32,000 bases of DNA from Methanocaldococcus jannaschii DSM 2661 (GTDB lineage: Archaea > AGJL01 > Methanococci > Methanococcales > Methanocaldococcaceae): assembly GCF_000091665.1 (NCBI RefSeq), contig NC_000909.1, positions 353,581 through 385,580 of the forward strand, written 5' to 3'. Numbering within the stretch: the stretch's first letter is position 1; the number at the start of each line of letters is the position of its first letter. Below, one piece after another: positions 1 to 9,463 of this stretch. The translations under genes were made by a program, and so were the position numbers. Under the pieces are notes generated by a model. That model had not been told where the DNA came from, made no database searches, and saw only the letters and a program-made list of their open reading frames with translations.

Positions 1-154
1 CTTTCAAAGAGTCCTTATCATAACCAAATACATAAACTCTAACTCTATTTCCTTTTGATTCTATTGTGCAATCAATGTCCATCCTTGATAATCTCTCACA
101 AAGCTCCAAAAGCTCTTCATCACAACTCACTTTTGATGAAATAATCTTTCTCAT
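1..154 (-). CDS. hypothetical protein, C-terminus truncated by window edge (MRKIISSKVSCDEELLELCERLSRMDIDCTIESKGNRVRVYVFGYDKDSLKE...)
   Basis: Open reverse-strand frame from the ATG at 154 to the window edge; not in the ORF track. Divergent from tyrS. Confidence 0.7.
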   Translation of the reverse strand, partial: MRKIISSKVSCDEELLELCERLSRMDIDCTIESKGNRVRVYVFGYDKDSLK

Positions 155-244
155 AGTATCACCAAAATAATAAAGTAAATTTATAAATTACCATAGCTTA
201 TATAATAAAGTTTTGCATGAACAAAAATGTTGTGGTGATATATC

Positions 245-1165
245 ATGGACGAATTTGAAATGATAAAGAGAAACACATCTGAAATTATCAGCGAGGAAGA
301 GTTAAGAGAGGTTTTAAAAAAAGATGAAAAATCTGCTTACATAGGTTTTGAACCAAGTGGTAAAATACATTTAGGGCATTATCTCCAAATAAAAAAGATG
401 ATTGATTTACAAAATGCTGGATTTGATATAATTATATTGTTGGCTGATTTACACGCCTATTTAAACCAGAAAGGAGAGTTGGATGAGATTAGAAAAATAG
501 GAGATTATAACAAAAAAGTTTTTGAAGCAATGGGGTTAAAGGCAAAATATGTTTATGGAAGTGAATTCCAGCTTGATAAGGATTATACACTGAATGTCTA
601 TAGATTGGCTTTAAAAACTACCTTAAAAAGAGCAAGAAGGAGTATGGAACTTATAGCAAGAGAGGATGAAAATCCAAAGGTTGCTGAAGTTATCTATCCA
701 ATAATGCAGGTTAATGATATTCATTATTTAGGCGTTGATGTTGCAGTTGGAGGGATGGAGCAGAGAAAAATACACATGTTAGCAAGGGAGCTTTTACCAA
801 AAAAGGTTGTTTGTATTCACAACCCTGTCTTAACGGGTTTGGATGGAGAAGGAAAGATGAGTTCTTCAAAAGGGAATTTTATAGCTGTTGATGACTCTCC
901 AGAAGAGATTAGGGCTAAGATAAAGAAAGCATACTGCCCAGCTGGAGTTGTTGAAGGAAATCCAATAATGGAGATAGCTAAATACTTCCTTGAATATCCT
1001 TTAACCATAAAAAGGCCAGAAAAATTTGGTGGAGATTTGACAGTTAATAGCTATGAGGAGTTAGAGAGTTTATTTAAAAATAAGGAATTGCATCCAATGG
1101 ATTTAAAAAATGCTGTAGCTGAAGAACTTATAAAGATTTTAGAGCCAATTAGAAAGAGATTATAA
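245..1165 (+). CDS. tyrS: tyrosyl-tRNA synthetase (archaeal class I TyrRS)
   Basis: 306 aa with KMSSSK signature (GKMSSSKGN) and HLGH; matches the recalled M. jannaschii TyrRS, including [15 protein letters not shown]. Confidence 0.98.
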
Positions 1166-1173
1166 TTATAAAA

Positions 1174-1566
1174 TTAGACAATTATTATATCATTTAACTT
1201 TTTCTTTTTCTCTTCTTTTTTAAGCCCATCTAATGAAACTGGTTTAGAGTCAGCTATAATAATATCATTATCTTTTCTATTAGTAGTTTTTTTAGTGATT
1301 TCATTAAGAGTTTGTGTTAAATTTTTATAATCTTGTTTTTTAACTTCCTTTTTATTATTATTATTTTTGTAGTGTGGAAGAGTTTTATATTTAATTTTAA
1401 CTACAATCTCCCCCTCTCCTTCATCTTTATCAAATGGTAGATTTATCTTTGCAGTATCCTTAGATAAAACCTCCAATGAAACATTTTTATCTCCTAAGTA
1501 AATATCAACATAAGAAATTAAAACATCTTCTGGGTTTTGGATTGATAGGATTATTTTCTCTTCCAT
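1174..1566 (-). CDS. hypothetical protein, charged Lys-rich C-terminal half
   Basis: 130 aa ORF packed between tyrS and cbiT. Confidence 0.75.
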   Translation of the reverse strand: MEEKIILSIQNPEDVLISYVDIYLGDKNVSLEVLSKDTAKINLPFDKDEGEGEIVVKIKYKTLPHYKNNNNKKEVKKQDYKNLTQTLNEITKKTTNRKDNDIIIADSKPVSLDGLKKEEKKKKLNDIIIV

Positions 1567-1572
1567 GATTAT

Positions 1573-2124
1573 CTACCTAACTGCTTTTATTATAGTTATT
1601 GGATTCTTTGCCAAAAACATGTGTCCAGAAGGGATTTTTTTAGCATAAGAAATAAAAACATTAACGGCATCAACATTGTAACCTCTACTCTCAAATTCAT
1701 TTATTATTTTAGCAGCATTTTCTAAAACAATTGTGTTAGCAACAATGTGATTTATTTTCTTTTTATCCAAAATTTCAATTATCTTTTCAATATTTTTTGT
1801 CCCACCTATAAAAGCTTTATTAAATTCTAATTTATCTAAAACATCTTCTGCCCTTCCCTTTATTATTTGGCAATTTTTAATATTAAATTTGGCTAAATTT
1901 TGTTTAGTTACTTCAATAGCGCCATCTAAATAATCTATAGCATAAACAAACTTGCATCTCTTTGCTATCTCAACTGTCATTCCTCCACTTCCACAACCAA
2001 CATCAACAACAACGTCATCTTTATTTAAGTTTAATTTCCCAATACTCACAGCCCTAATTTCTTCTTTTGTTATTGGAACTCCTTCTCTTCTTATAAATTC
2101 TTCATCTGGAATCATATATTTCAC
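1573..2124 (-). CDS. cbiT: probable cobalt-precorrin-6B C15-methyltransferase (decarboxylating), CbiT family
   Basis: SAM-methyltransferase motif VVVDVGCGSGGMTVEIAKR; N-terminus IPDEEFIRREGVPITKEEIRA typical of CbiT. Confidence 0.92.
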   Translation of the reverse strand: MKYMIPDEEFIRREGVPITKEEIRAVSIGKLNLNKDDVVVDVGCGSGGMTVEIAKRCKFVYAIDYLDGAIEVTKQNLAKFNIKNCQIIKGRAEDVLDKLEFNKAFIGGTKNIEKIIEILDKKKINHIVANTIVLENAAKIINEFESRGYNVDAVNVFISYAKKIPSGHMFLAKNPITIIKAVR

Positions 2125-2205
2125 CGAATCATAAATATGTTATGAAATAGTAATATATAGCAATAGGATTAAAAATGTAATTAAAATAAAAATAGGGGGA
2201 GGGGT

Positions 2206-3225
2206 ATGAATTACTCAATAAGATTATTCAAAATTATGGGGATTCCAATAGAGCTTCATATAACCTTTATTTTATTTTTAGTGGTCATAATTGGACTGTC
2301 TATAATGAATAATAGCATATTTTGGGCAGTTCTCTTTATCTTATTATTTGTGTCTGTTGTTTTACATGAGTTAGGTCATAGTTATGTAGCTAAGAAGTAT
2401 GGGGTAAAGATAGAAAAAATTTTGCTATTGCCGATTGGTGGAGTGGCGATGATGGATAAAATCCCAAAAGAGGGGGAGTTAAGGATAGGGATAGCTGGGC
2501 CTTTAGTTAGCTTTATTATTGGAATAGTTTTGTTAATTGTATCTCAATTTTTTGATATAAACATAAATGGATATCCTCTATTATATACTTTAAGCCTACT
2601 GAACTTAATGCTTGGAGGATTTAATTTAATTCCAGCATTTCCTATGGATGGCGGAAGAATATTGAGAGCTATATTGTCAAAAAAATATGGTTATTTGAAA
2701 TCAACGAAGATAGCAGCAAATATTGGAAAGAGCTTGGCTTTAATAATGCTCTTATTTGGTCTCTTATCAATGAACATTATATTAATCTTGGTTAGTTTGT
2801 TTGTTTATTTTGGAGCTGAGCAAGAAAGTAGAGTGGTAGAAGTTGAGACAATATTTAAAAATATTAAGGCAAAGGACATTATGACGCCAAATCCAGTATA
2901 TGTAACTCCAGATATGAGTATAGAGGAGTTCTTGGATTTTATGCTTAAACATAAGTATTTTGGATATCCTGTAGTTGAAAATGGGAAGTTAGTTGGCTGT
3001 ATTGGAATAGGTAATATACATAAAAAAGAAGGAACTGTAAGGGATTATATGGAAAAGCCTGTTGTAGTTAGTGAAGATACTGATATAAAAGAGATTCTAA
3101 GAAAAATGGCTAATACAGATAGAGTATTTGTTGTAGAAGGTGGAAAATTAAAAGGAATCATATCAAAAACAGATATCTTGAGGGCTATGAGTATATTGGA
3201 GTTAAAAGAAGAGCTAAAAGATTAA
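2206..3225 (+). CDS. site-2-protease-type membrane zinc metalloprotease with C-terminal CBS domains
   Basis: HELGH zinc motif (VLHELGHSYVAKKYG), NLIPAFPMDGGRI motif, multiple TM segments, then two CBS-like repeats. Confidence 0.96.
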   Translation: MNYSIRLFKIMGIPIELHITFILFLVVIIGLSIMNNSIFWAVLFILLFVSVVLHELGHSYVAKKYGVKIEKILLLPIGGVAMMDKIPKEGELRIGIAGPLVSFIIGIVLLIVSQFFDININGYPLLYTLSLLNLMLGGFNLIPAFPMDGGRILRAILSKKYGYLKSTKIAANIGKSLALIMLLFGLLSMNIILILVSLFVYFGAEQESRVVEVETIFKNIKAKDIMTPNPVYVTPDMSIEEFLDFMLKHKYFGYPVVENGKLVGCIGIGNIHKKEGTVRDYMEKPVVVSEDTDIKEILRKMANTDRVFVVEGGKLKGIISKTDILRAMSILELKEELKD

Positions 3226-3226
3226 C

Positions 3227-3409
3227 TTACTCCTTCTTTTGTGGTTGCTTCCATTCCATGTAGCCACATTTTCCACATGCGTATCTGTTTAAGTGCTCAG
3301 CCATGAAAACTCCAGGACCACATCTTGGACAGGTCTTCTTCAATCTAATAACTTTATCTCCTTCAATCTTGTAGTATTTGTATTTTGCTGTTTTTTTCCC
3401 TTTTGTCAT
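3227..3409 (-). CDS. 30S ribosomal protein S27ae
   Basis: 60 aa with CPRCGPGVFMAEHLNRYACGKCGY zinc ribbon. Confidence 0.95.
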   Translation of the reverse strand: MTKGKKTAKYKYYKIEGDKVIRLKKTCPRCGPGVFMAEHLNRYACGKCGYMEWKQPQKKE

Positions 3410-3714
3410 TATTCTCCCTCCTCAGCTGCTGTTTCTTCTTCTATTTTATTTTTTCTTAAAATGTGTTCTCTCTCAACTAATTTTAACATTTCCTCATTAT
3501 CATACAATTTAGCATAACCTCTTGCTCTCTGCATTCCAGCTTCTTCAACAATTTTTTCAACTATTAATAAATCCTTATTTGCGTTTAATATTGCTGCAAG
3601 CTTTAACTTGACATCTTTGAAGGTTGGTGTAGGTCCATCGTGGTCTACAATGAATCTGTATTCTTTTCTCTTTAACAATGGATTGTATCTTTCTGATAAT
3701 ATTTTTATTTCCAT
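3409..3714 (-). CDS. 30S ribosomal protein S24e
   Basis: 101 aa with the S24e-type N-terminus NPLLKRKEYRFIVDHDGPTPTFKDVK; adjacent to S27ae. Confidence 0.95.
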   Translation of the reverse strand: MEIKILSERYNPLLKRKEYRFIVDHDGPTPTFKDVKLKLAAILNANKDLLIVEKIVEEAGMQRARGYAKLYDNEEMLKLVEREHILRKNKIEEETAAEEGE

Positions 3715-3727
3715 ATTATCCCCTCTC

Positions 3728-4204
3728 TCAAATTTTTTTGAATTGTTTTAATATTTCTTCAATTTCTTGTTTTAGTTTTTTATTTATTTTTAGAACAACG
3801 ATTCCTTCATCTGGCTGTCCATATAGAACATAAGTTCCGATAGGAAAGTATTTGATAACAATTAAAGCAAGTAAATCTTCTTCACCATCAACCAGTAGGG
3901 CGATGTTTCTATCATTTATTGTAGATAGATATTTAATACTTTCTATTGCTTCATCAGATATGCATCCAGGAGGATTTTTTACTTTAATAACTTTTTTAAA
4001 TACATGGTTTATTTTAACAGGAATATTTCTTCTGGTTTTTAAGTCAAAAATGGATAGTTTTGGGATTATGTTGTTTTCAATTGCAGTTTTTGTTACAATA
4101 TCTCCAACAGTTACGATATCTCCATCTATATCTGGTAGTGTTTTATATACTTTTCCAAAGGGCTTTTTTAATTTTTCCCTCAACTCCTCTGGAAGCACCA
4201 GCAT
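3728..4204 (-). CDS. GTP-dependent dephospho-CoA kinase (DUF359 family)
   Basis: 158 aa; [18 protein letters not shown] and [30 protein letters not shown] motifs; typical linkage with rpoE and S24e. Confidence 0.88.
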   Translation of the reverse strand: MLVLPEELREKLKKPFGKVYKTLPDIDGDIVTVGDIVTKTAIENNIIPKLSIFDLKTRRNIPVKINHVFKKVIKVKNPPGCISDEAIESIKYLSTINDRNIALLVDGEEDLLALIVIKYFPIGTYVLYGQPDEGIVVLKINKKLKQEIEEILKQFKKI

Positions 4205-4214
4205 ATCAATTCCT

Positions 4215-4394
4215 CTACTCTTTCACACTTAATGCATACTTTCCTTTAATATCTATTCCTGCCTTTTTAGCAATCTCTGATTTCTCTGGATTTATAACTA
4301 TTAAAAGCCCTATCCAGTTTTCACTTGTTGGAGAGTGGCATATTGGACATATTTCATCATTTGTTAAGTATTTACATTTTAAACATGCTCTCAT
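4215..4394 (-). CDS. rpoE2: RNA polymerase subunit E'' / transcription elongation factor Spt4
   Basis: Not in the ORF track. Reverse translation gives [59 protein letters not shown], 59 aa with two CxxC pairs, next to rpoE1. Confidence 0.95.
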
Positions 4395-4403
4395 AAGCTC
4401 ACC

Positions 4404-4967
4404 TTATTCTTGATTTTGCTTTTTAGCTTTTTCCTCCTCAATCCACTCTAATTTTCCCAAGTATGGCTGTCTCATGGTTAATGCTATCTTACTACCTCTC
4501 TTTCTTTCTGCCTTCAAACTTATAGCAACAATCCTTGCCCTAACATAATCTCCAATCTCCAAAACCTTTCCAGTCTCTTTTCCAATAATTGCCTCCCTCT
4601 TAGGGTCGTAAGATACATAGTCATCCATAATCTGTGAAACATGAATTAATCCATCTAAAGGTCCCAACCTTACAAAGCTACCAAACTCAACAACATCAAC
4701 GACCTCTCCCTCAATAAGTTCATACATCTCTGGGATATAAACGAGAGTCTCAAATACAACTGGATGATATGCTGAACCATCACCATGCACTACTTTACCT
4801 TCTCCAATGTCTTTTACATCTACAATGGATAAAACAAATCCAACATCTTTATCTAATCTTCCTTCATATTTTTCCATGAGAATTTTTTTTACTGTCTCTT
4901 TTAAATCCTTACCAAACTCTTCTGGTGGAACTTTTACAACATCTGCAATCTCTAAAATTTTATACAT
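4404..4967 (-). CDS. rpoE1: DNA-directed RNA polymerase subunit E' (Rpb7/RpoE1)
   Basis: 187 aa with S1 domain ([27 protein letters not shown]). Confidence 0.95.
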
Positions 4968-5125
4968 AAGATATTCACCTCTGAATCAGTTAAATTTAAT
5001 AAAAAAAGAGTAACTAATCGTCATATTAGTGAGATTATAAAAAACAATAAATAATTAATGTAATTATTAATTTTGCCACAAACCTATATTTATAATTAAC
5101 CATACAAAAATTGTTATAAGTTATG

Positions 5126-5145
5126 AAACGAAAAGTATATATATG
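5126..5145 (+). promoter_or_regulatory. probable BRE/TATA promoter of the tRNA-Arg/tRNA-Glu unit
   Basis: AAACGAAAAGTATATATATG resembles the strong methanococcal stable-RNA promoter consensus, ~45-50 nt upstream of the mature tRNA-Arg 5' end. Confidence 0.7.
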
Positions 5146-5187
5146 AGAAAATTCATTTTAAAGAGTGCTTACAACCTGAGATAAAGA

Positions 5188-5262
5188 GGACCCGTAGCCT
5201 AGCCTGGATAGGGCACCGGCCTTCTAAGCCGGGGGTCGGGGGTTCAAATCCCCTCGGGTCCG
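5188..5262 (+). tRNA. tRNA-Arg (anticodon TCT); 3' CCA genomically encoded at 5263-5265
   Basis: Acceptor GGACCCG/CGGGTCC, anticodon arm CCGGC-CTTCTAA-GCCGG, T-arm GGGGGTTCAAATCCCCT. Confidence 0.97.
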
Positions 5263-5288
5263 CCAATTTTTCTATTTTTTATCCGATT

Positions 5289-5363
5289 GCTCCGGTGGTG
5301 TAGTCCGGCCAATCATGCGGGCCTTTCGAGCCCGCGACCCGGGTTCAAATCCCGGCCGGAGCA
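5289..5363 (+). tRNA. tRNA-Glu (anticodon TTC)
   Basis: Acceptor GCTCCGG/CCGGAGC, anticodon arm CGGGC-CTTTCGA-GCCCG, T-loop TTCAAAT; no encoded CCA. Confidence 0.97.
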
Positions 5364-5527
5364 TCATTATATCATAAAAGTATATATCTATTTATTTAAA
5401 TTAATAAAATAACTAATAACCATAAATGTTATTTTATAAATAATGCTACAGTAAGACATGAAAATTGGAAACAGAATGATATGATGGATACTTTCTTAAA
5501 TACTTATCTTATTATTTTGTTGATAAT

Positions 5528-6343
5528 ATGGTTAATCTTAAAGAACTCTCCCAAAATGAAGTATTGGAACTTATAAATTATGTTAAATCATTAAGGAAGC
5601 AAAATTTTAGCTATTCTCAAATATCTAAAAAGATTGAAATTGAAAGGAATATTAAAATTTCCAAATCTACGATTATTAGATGGTGTAAAAATAGCAATAA
5701 TCCATTCAATAAAACAAAATTTATAGATTTATCACCTTCTCCTGAGCTTTCTTATATAATAGGGGTTTATTTTGGAGATGCTAACATTTATTACAGAAAA
5801 AAGACAGGAAGTTACTATTTTAGGATTAAGGTTGTTGATAAAGACTTTGTAGATGTTGTTAAAAATAGTTTGATAAAAATTGGATTAAATCCAACAATTA
5901 GCTATGTGGAAGAGAAAACAAGAAGTAATAGGTGGCATGTTGAAGCGAGCAGTAAAAGTTTGTATAAATTTTTAAGTCAAAACAAAGAAGAACTTTTTAA
6001 AGTTGCTGAAAAGTATCCTGAAGATTTTTTAAGAGGATTTTTTGATAGCGAAGGATATGTTACTTCAAATAAAATAGCATTAGAAAATTATGATTTAGAA
6101 CTTTTGGAATTTTCAAAAGAGCTGTTAAAAAAGTTGGATGTACATTCAACAATCCACATAGCAAAGAAAAAAGGAACTGAATCAAATATTAGAGGTGAAA
6201 TTTACCATTATAAAGACGATTTTTATAGATTGTCAATCCATAGAAAAGAATCTGTTAGGAACTTTGCTATAAAAGTCAGTTTCTCTATAAAAAGAAAACG
6301 AGAAAGACTCCAAAAACTCTTGGAATCTATGGATAAACATTAA
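5528..6343 (+). CDS. free-standing LAGLIDADG homing-endonuclease-like protein; true start probably the ATG at 5534 (MVNLKELSQNEVLEL...)
   Basis: Two LAGLIDADG-type dodecapeptides (LSYIIGVYFGDAN, DFLRGFFDSEGYV) and an N-terminal HTH-like segment (YSQISKKIEIERNIKISKSTIIRWCKN). Confidence 0.85.
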   Translation: MVNLKELSQNEVLELINYVKSLRKQNFSYSQISKKIEIERNIKISKSTIIRWCKNSNNPFNKTKFIDLSPSPELSYIIGVYFGDANIYYRKKTGSYYFRIKVVDKDFVDVVKNSLIKIGLNPTISYVEEKTRSNRWHVEASSKSLYKFLSQNKEELFKVAEKYPEDFLRGFFDSEGYVTSNKIALENYDLELLEFSKELLKKLDVHSTIHIAKKKGTESNIRGEIYHYKDDFYRLSIHRKESVRNFAIKVSFSIKRKRERLQKLLESMDKH

Positions 6344-6391
6344 TTCTTACATTTAAATATACAAATATAATATATCAAAATATAGAAATAG

Positions 6392-6467
6392 TAGCGGGGG
6401 GAGGATTTGAACCTCCGATCTCCGGGTTATGAGCCCGGCGGGATGGACCTGGCTACCCTACCCCGCT
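6392..6467 (-). tRNA. initiator tRNA-Met (anticodon CAT)
   Basis: Reverse complement AGCGGGGTAGGGTAGCCAGG...CCGGG-CTCATAA-CCCGG...GGTTCAAATCC...CCCCGCTA; A1:U72 acceptor end and three consecutive G:C pairs in the anticodon stem are archaeal initiator hallmarks. Confidence 0.96.
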
Positions 6468-6517
6468 TCACTCAACTTTTAATCCAAAACAAGCGAAATT
6501 ACTATAACTACAAACTA

Positions 6518-6534
6518 ATATATAAAGGTTTTGG
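6518..6534 (-). promoter_or_regulatory. probable BRE/TATA of initiator tRNA-Met
   Basis: Reverse strand reads CCAAAACCTTTATATATTAG ~50 nt upstream of the tRNA 5' end. Confidence 0.55.
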
Positions 6535-6570
6535 TTGTGTGTATATTAAAGACACAACCATAAAAATGAA

Positions 6571-7920
6571 TTATAAGGATGCATCAAGCTTTGCAATTAG
6601 ATTTTTAATCTCTTCAACCTTCTCTTTCATTGTTTTCTCATCATCTGCTTCTAAGTTTAATCTTAATAATGGTTCAGTATTTGAAGGTCTTAAATTAAAC
6701 CAGAAGTTTTTACAATAAATAGATATTCCATCCAACTCCTCTAACTTGCAATCTTTAAAATGTTCCTTTATTTTTTCCATAATATATTTTTGGTCTTTAA
6801 CTCTAAAGTTTATCTCTCCACTATGAGGATATTTGCTAAATTCCTTATTTAGTTCAGATAATGATTTATTTTCTTCATCCATAGCTTTTAAGATATAATT
6901 TAACGCCAGTAATGGACTTTCAAAGTAGCCAATCTCTTTAAAGTAAAAGTGATTACTCAACTCTCCAGCAAATTCAGCATCTATTTCATGCATTAATTTT
7001 TTTATAAAGTAATGCCCCACTCTACTTTTTATTGCTATGCCACCATACTTCTCAATAATTTCTGGAACTATTTTAGAACATCTTAAATCATAAACAATTT
7101 TGGCATTTGACTTTTCTTTTAAAATTTCTTTTGCTATTATGGCTGTTAATATATCTCCCCTCAAAACATTTCCGTTTTCATCAACTATTCCCAACCTATC
7201 TCCATCTCCGTCAAATATTAAACCTAATTCACAGTTATTTTTTTTAACTGCTCTTATAATATCTTTTAAGCATTCCATTTTTAGTGTGTCTGGTTGATGA
7301 GCAGGGAAATTGCCATCGGGATAATCATTTATAAAAACTGCGTTATCAAACAATTCATTCAAAATTTCTTTTTCAGCTATTGTAGTAGCTCCATTTGCAA
7401 AATCTACAGCTATTTTTTTATCTGAGGCTTTACATCTCTTTAAAAAGAATTTTTTATACTCCTCTATAATATTAACCTTTAAATCATCTAAATTTAGGTT
7501 TTTAGCTTCTTCTTTTATACTTTCTGTTAATTCATATTTTTTGAATATTGGTTTTATCTCTTCTATTGGTGACAGAGGAATAGCTTCTTTATCACACATC
7601 TTAAATCCAGTGTATTCTGGAGGGTTATGAGATGCTGTTAATATAACTCCTAAATCATATTTTCCTTTAGTTCCGAAATACATTAAAGGGGTTGAAATAG
7701 TTCCGGCATAAAATACATCCGCATATTCTTTCAAACCAACTATAAAATAGGGTAAAAGCTCTTTGGAACCAATTCTAACGTCATTTCCAACTAATATCTT
7801 TTTATTTTCAAATTTTTTACCAATGCACTTTCCTAAGGAATAGGCAAAGTTCTCATCTAACTCTCTACCATAGATTCCTCTAATATCATAGGCTTTAAAT
7901 ACCATCAAATCACCAAACAC
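6571..7920 (-). CDS. phosphomannomutase/phosphoglucomutase family protein
   Basis: 449 aa; FKAYDIRGIYG N-terminus, TASHNPPEYTGFK phosphoserine loop, DGDGDRLGIVDENG metal loop. Confidence 0.93.
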   Translation of the reverse strand: MFGDLMVFKAYDIRGIYGRELDENFAYSLGKCIGKKFENKKILVGNDVRIGSKELLPYFIVGLKEYADVFYAGTISTPLMYFGTKGKYDLGVILTASHNPPEYTGFKMCDKEAIPLSPIEEIKPIFKKYELTESIKEEAKNLNLDDLKVNIIEEYKKFFLKRCKASDKKIAVDFANGATTIAEKEILNELFDNAVFINDYPDGNFPAHQPDTLKMECLKDIIRAVKKNNCELGLIFDGDGDRLGIVDENGNVLRGDILTAIIAKEILKEKSNAKIVYDLRCSKIVPEIIEKYGGIAIKSRVGHYFIKKLMHEIDAEFAGELSNHFYFKEIGYFESPLLALNYILKAMDEENKSLSELNKEFSKYPHSGEINFRVKDQKYIMEKIKEHFKDCKLEELDGISIYCKNFWFNLRPSNTEPLLRLNLEADDEKTMKEKVEEIKNLIAKLDASL

Positions 7921-8009
7921 AAATTTTAAATATTGATATCTGATATTTCTATATTAAAACTTTAACATTAATATCAAATAAAACAATAAAAATTTGTAAA
8001 TGTGAGAAT

Positions 8010-8831
8010 ATGGAATTATTTAAAGACATAAAGAATCTTGGAAAACTTGTAAGGTTGGAGAGAATATTTAACAGAGAAAGTGAAAAAACTGTAATTGTTC
8101 CAATGGACCATGGGGTATCAAACGGTCCAATTAAGGGGCTTATAGATATAAGAAAAACCGTAAATGATGTTGCCGAAGGAGGAGCTAATGCTGTCCTCTT
8201 ACATAAGGGAATTGTAAGACATGGACACAGAGGATATGGCAAAGATGTTGGTTTAATCATCCATCTCTCTGGTGGAACTGCAATATCACCAAATCCATTG
8301 AAGAAGGTTATTGTTACAACTGTTGAAGAAGCTATCAGAATGGGTGCTGATGCTGTCTCAATTCACGTAAATGTTGGTTCAGATGAAGATTGGGAAGCAT
8401 ACAGAGATTTGGGGATGATAGCTGAAACATGTGAATACTGGGGAATGCCGTTAATTGCTATGATGTATCCAAGAGGAAAACACATTCAAAATGAGAGAGA
8501 CCCTGAATTAGTTGCTCATGCAGCAAGATTGGGAGCTGAGTTAGGAGCTGACATAGTTAAAACAAGTTATACTGGAGATATTGATTCATTTAGAGATGTT
8601 GTTAAGGGTTGTCCAGCTCCAGTTGTGGTTGCTGGAGGGCCAAAGACAAACACAGATGAAGAGTTCTTGCAAATGATTAAAGATGCTATGGAGGCTGGAG
8701 CTGCTGGTGTTGCAGTGGGTAGAAATATCTTCCAGCATGATGATGTTGTTGGCATAACAAGAGCTGTTTGTAAGATAGTCCATGAAAATGCAGACGTTGA
8801 GGAGGCGTTAAAAGAGATTAGGAAGAAATAA
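8010..8831 (+). CDS. 2-amino-3,7-dideoxy-D-threo-hept-6-ulosonate synthase / class I FBP-aldolase-like (DhnA family)
   Basis: 273 aa; [43 protein letters not shown]; known family in methanogens. Confidence 0.93.
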
Positions 8832-8933
8832 ATTCCTTTATTTTTATCCTTTTTATTTTAATTTTTTATTTTTAGATAAATATATTTAAATACTTAAATA
8901 TAAAAAATAAAAAAGAAATTTAAAAATTTTGAT

Positions 8934-9134
8934 TTATTCTCTTCTAAATCTTCCCATCATTCTCATTCCGCATCTTCTACCTCTCCCAGGGCCTAATCCT
9001 CTTCCCCCAGCATCTATTCTGTGAATAAATGTTGCAGGAGCTCCACAGTATGGACAAACGTCTGGTTTTGGAACTCCATAAGGAACTTCTATAACTTTCT
9101 GACATTTTGCACATAAAAATCTTTTCATTTCCAT
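8934..9134 (-). CDS. small zinc-ribbon protein with Gly/Arg-rich tail
   Basis: 66 aa; CAKC...CPYCGAP then GRGLGPGRGRRCGMRMMGR. Confidence 0.7.
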   Translation of the reverse strand: MEMKRFLCAKCQKVIEVPYGVPKPDVCPYCGAPATFIHRIDAGGRGLGPGRGRRCGMRMMGRFRRE

Positions 9135-9142
9135 TATATCAC

Positions 9143-9463
9143 TTAATCTTTCTTTAATTCGTCTAATCTCTTTTTAATTCTTGCTAATTCTTCTTCTAAC
9201 ATTCTTTTCTCTTCTTCTAATTCTTTTATAGTTTCTTCTAAGTATCTTCTTTCATCTACCTCTGCGTATCCTGGAACATAGCCTCTGTATAAATCCCATG
9301 CATGAACTAAAGCCCCAGTTTTCTCATCAACATAGAATGCATGTGGCCCTAAACCACATCTGCATGGCCCTACGTATCTGTATCTGCCTCCAACTGTGCT
9401 AACTGGGAAGTATCTCCAAAATCCTCTACCTCTGCCAAACCATCCTCTTCCCCATCCAAACAT
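9143..9463 (-). CDS. small Gly/Arg/Trp-rich protein with C-terminal coiled coil (DUF5320-like)
   Basis: 106 aa; MFGWGRGWFGRGRGFWRY N-terminus and LEETIKELEEEKRMLEEELARIKKRLDELKK coiled coil. Confidence 0.7.
   Translation of the reverse strand: MFGWGRGWFGRGRGFWRYFPVSTVGGRYRYVGPCRCGLGPHAFYVDEKTGALVHAWDLYRGYVPGYAEVDERRYLEETIKELEEEKRMLEEELARIKKRLDELKKD

Noticed and set aside
4060-4413. 117-aa + strand ORF spanning the 4.2-4.4 kb gap
   Set aside because: The gap is better explained by the short minus-strand Spt4/RpoE'' gene (4215-4394) with two CxxC pairs, absent from the ORF track.
5380-5527. Possible small RNA upstream of the LAGLIDADG ORF (atgatatgatgga)
   Set aside because: Only a partial box C-like sequence with no paired D box or stem; likely leader/promoter sequence.
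6407-6718. ORF of 103 aa on the + strand
   Set aside because: Its frame runs antisense through initiator tRNA-Met and the 3' end of the phosphomannomutase-like gene; no start signal or family resemblance.
7949-8260. 103-aa antisense ORF over the ADH synthase-like gene start
   Set aside because: Overlaps a strongly supported gene and its promoter; no homologous motif seen.
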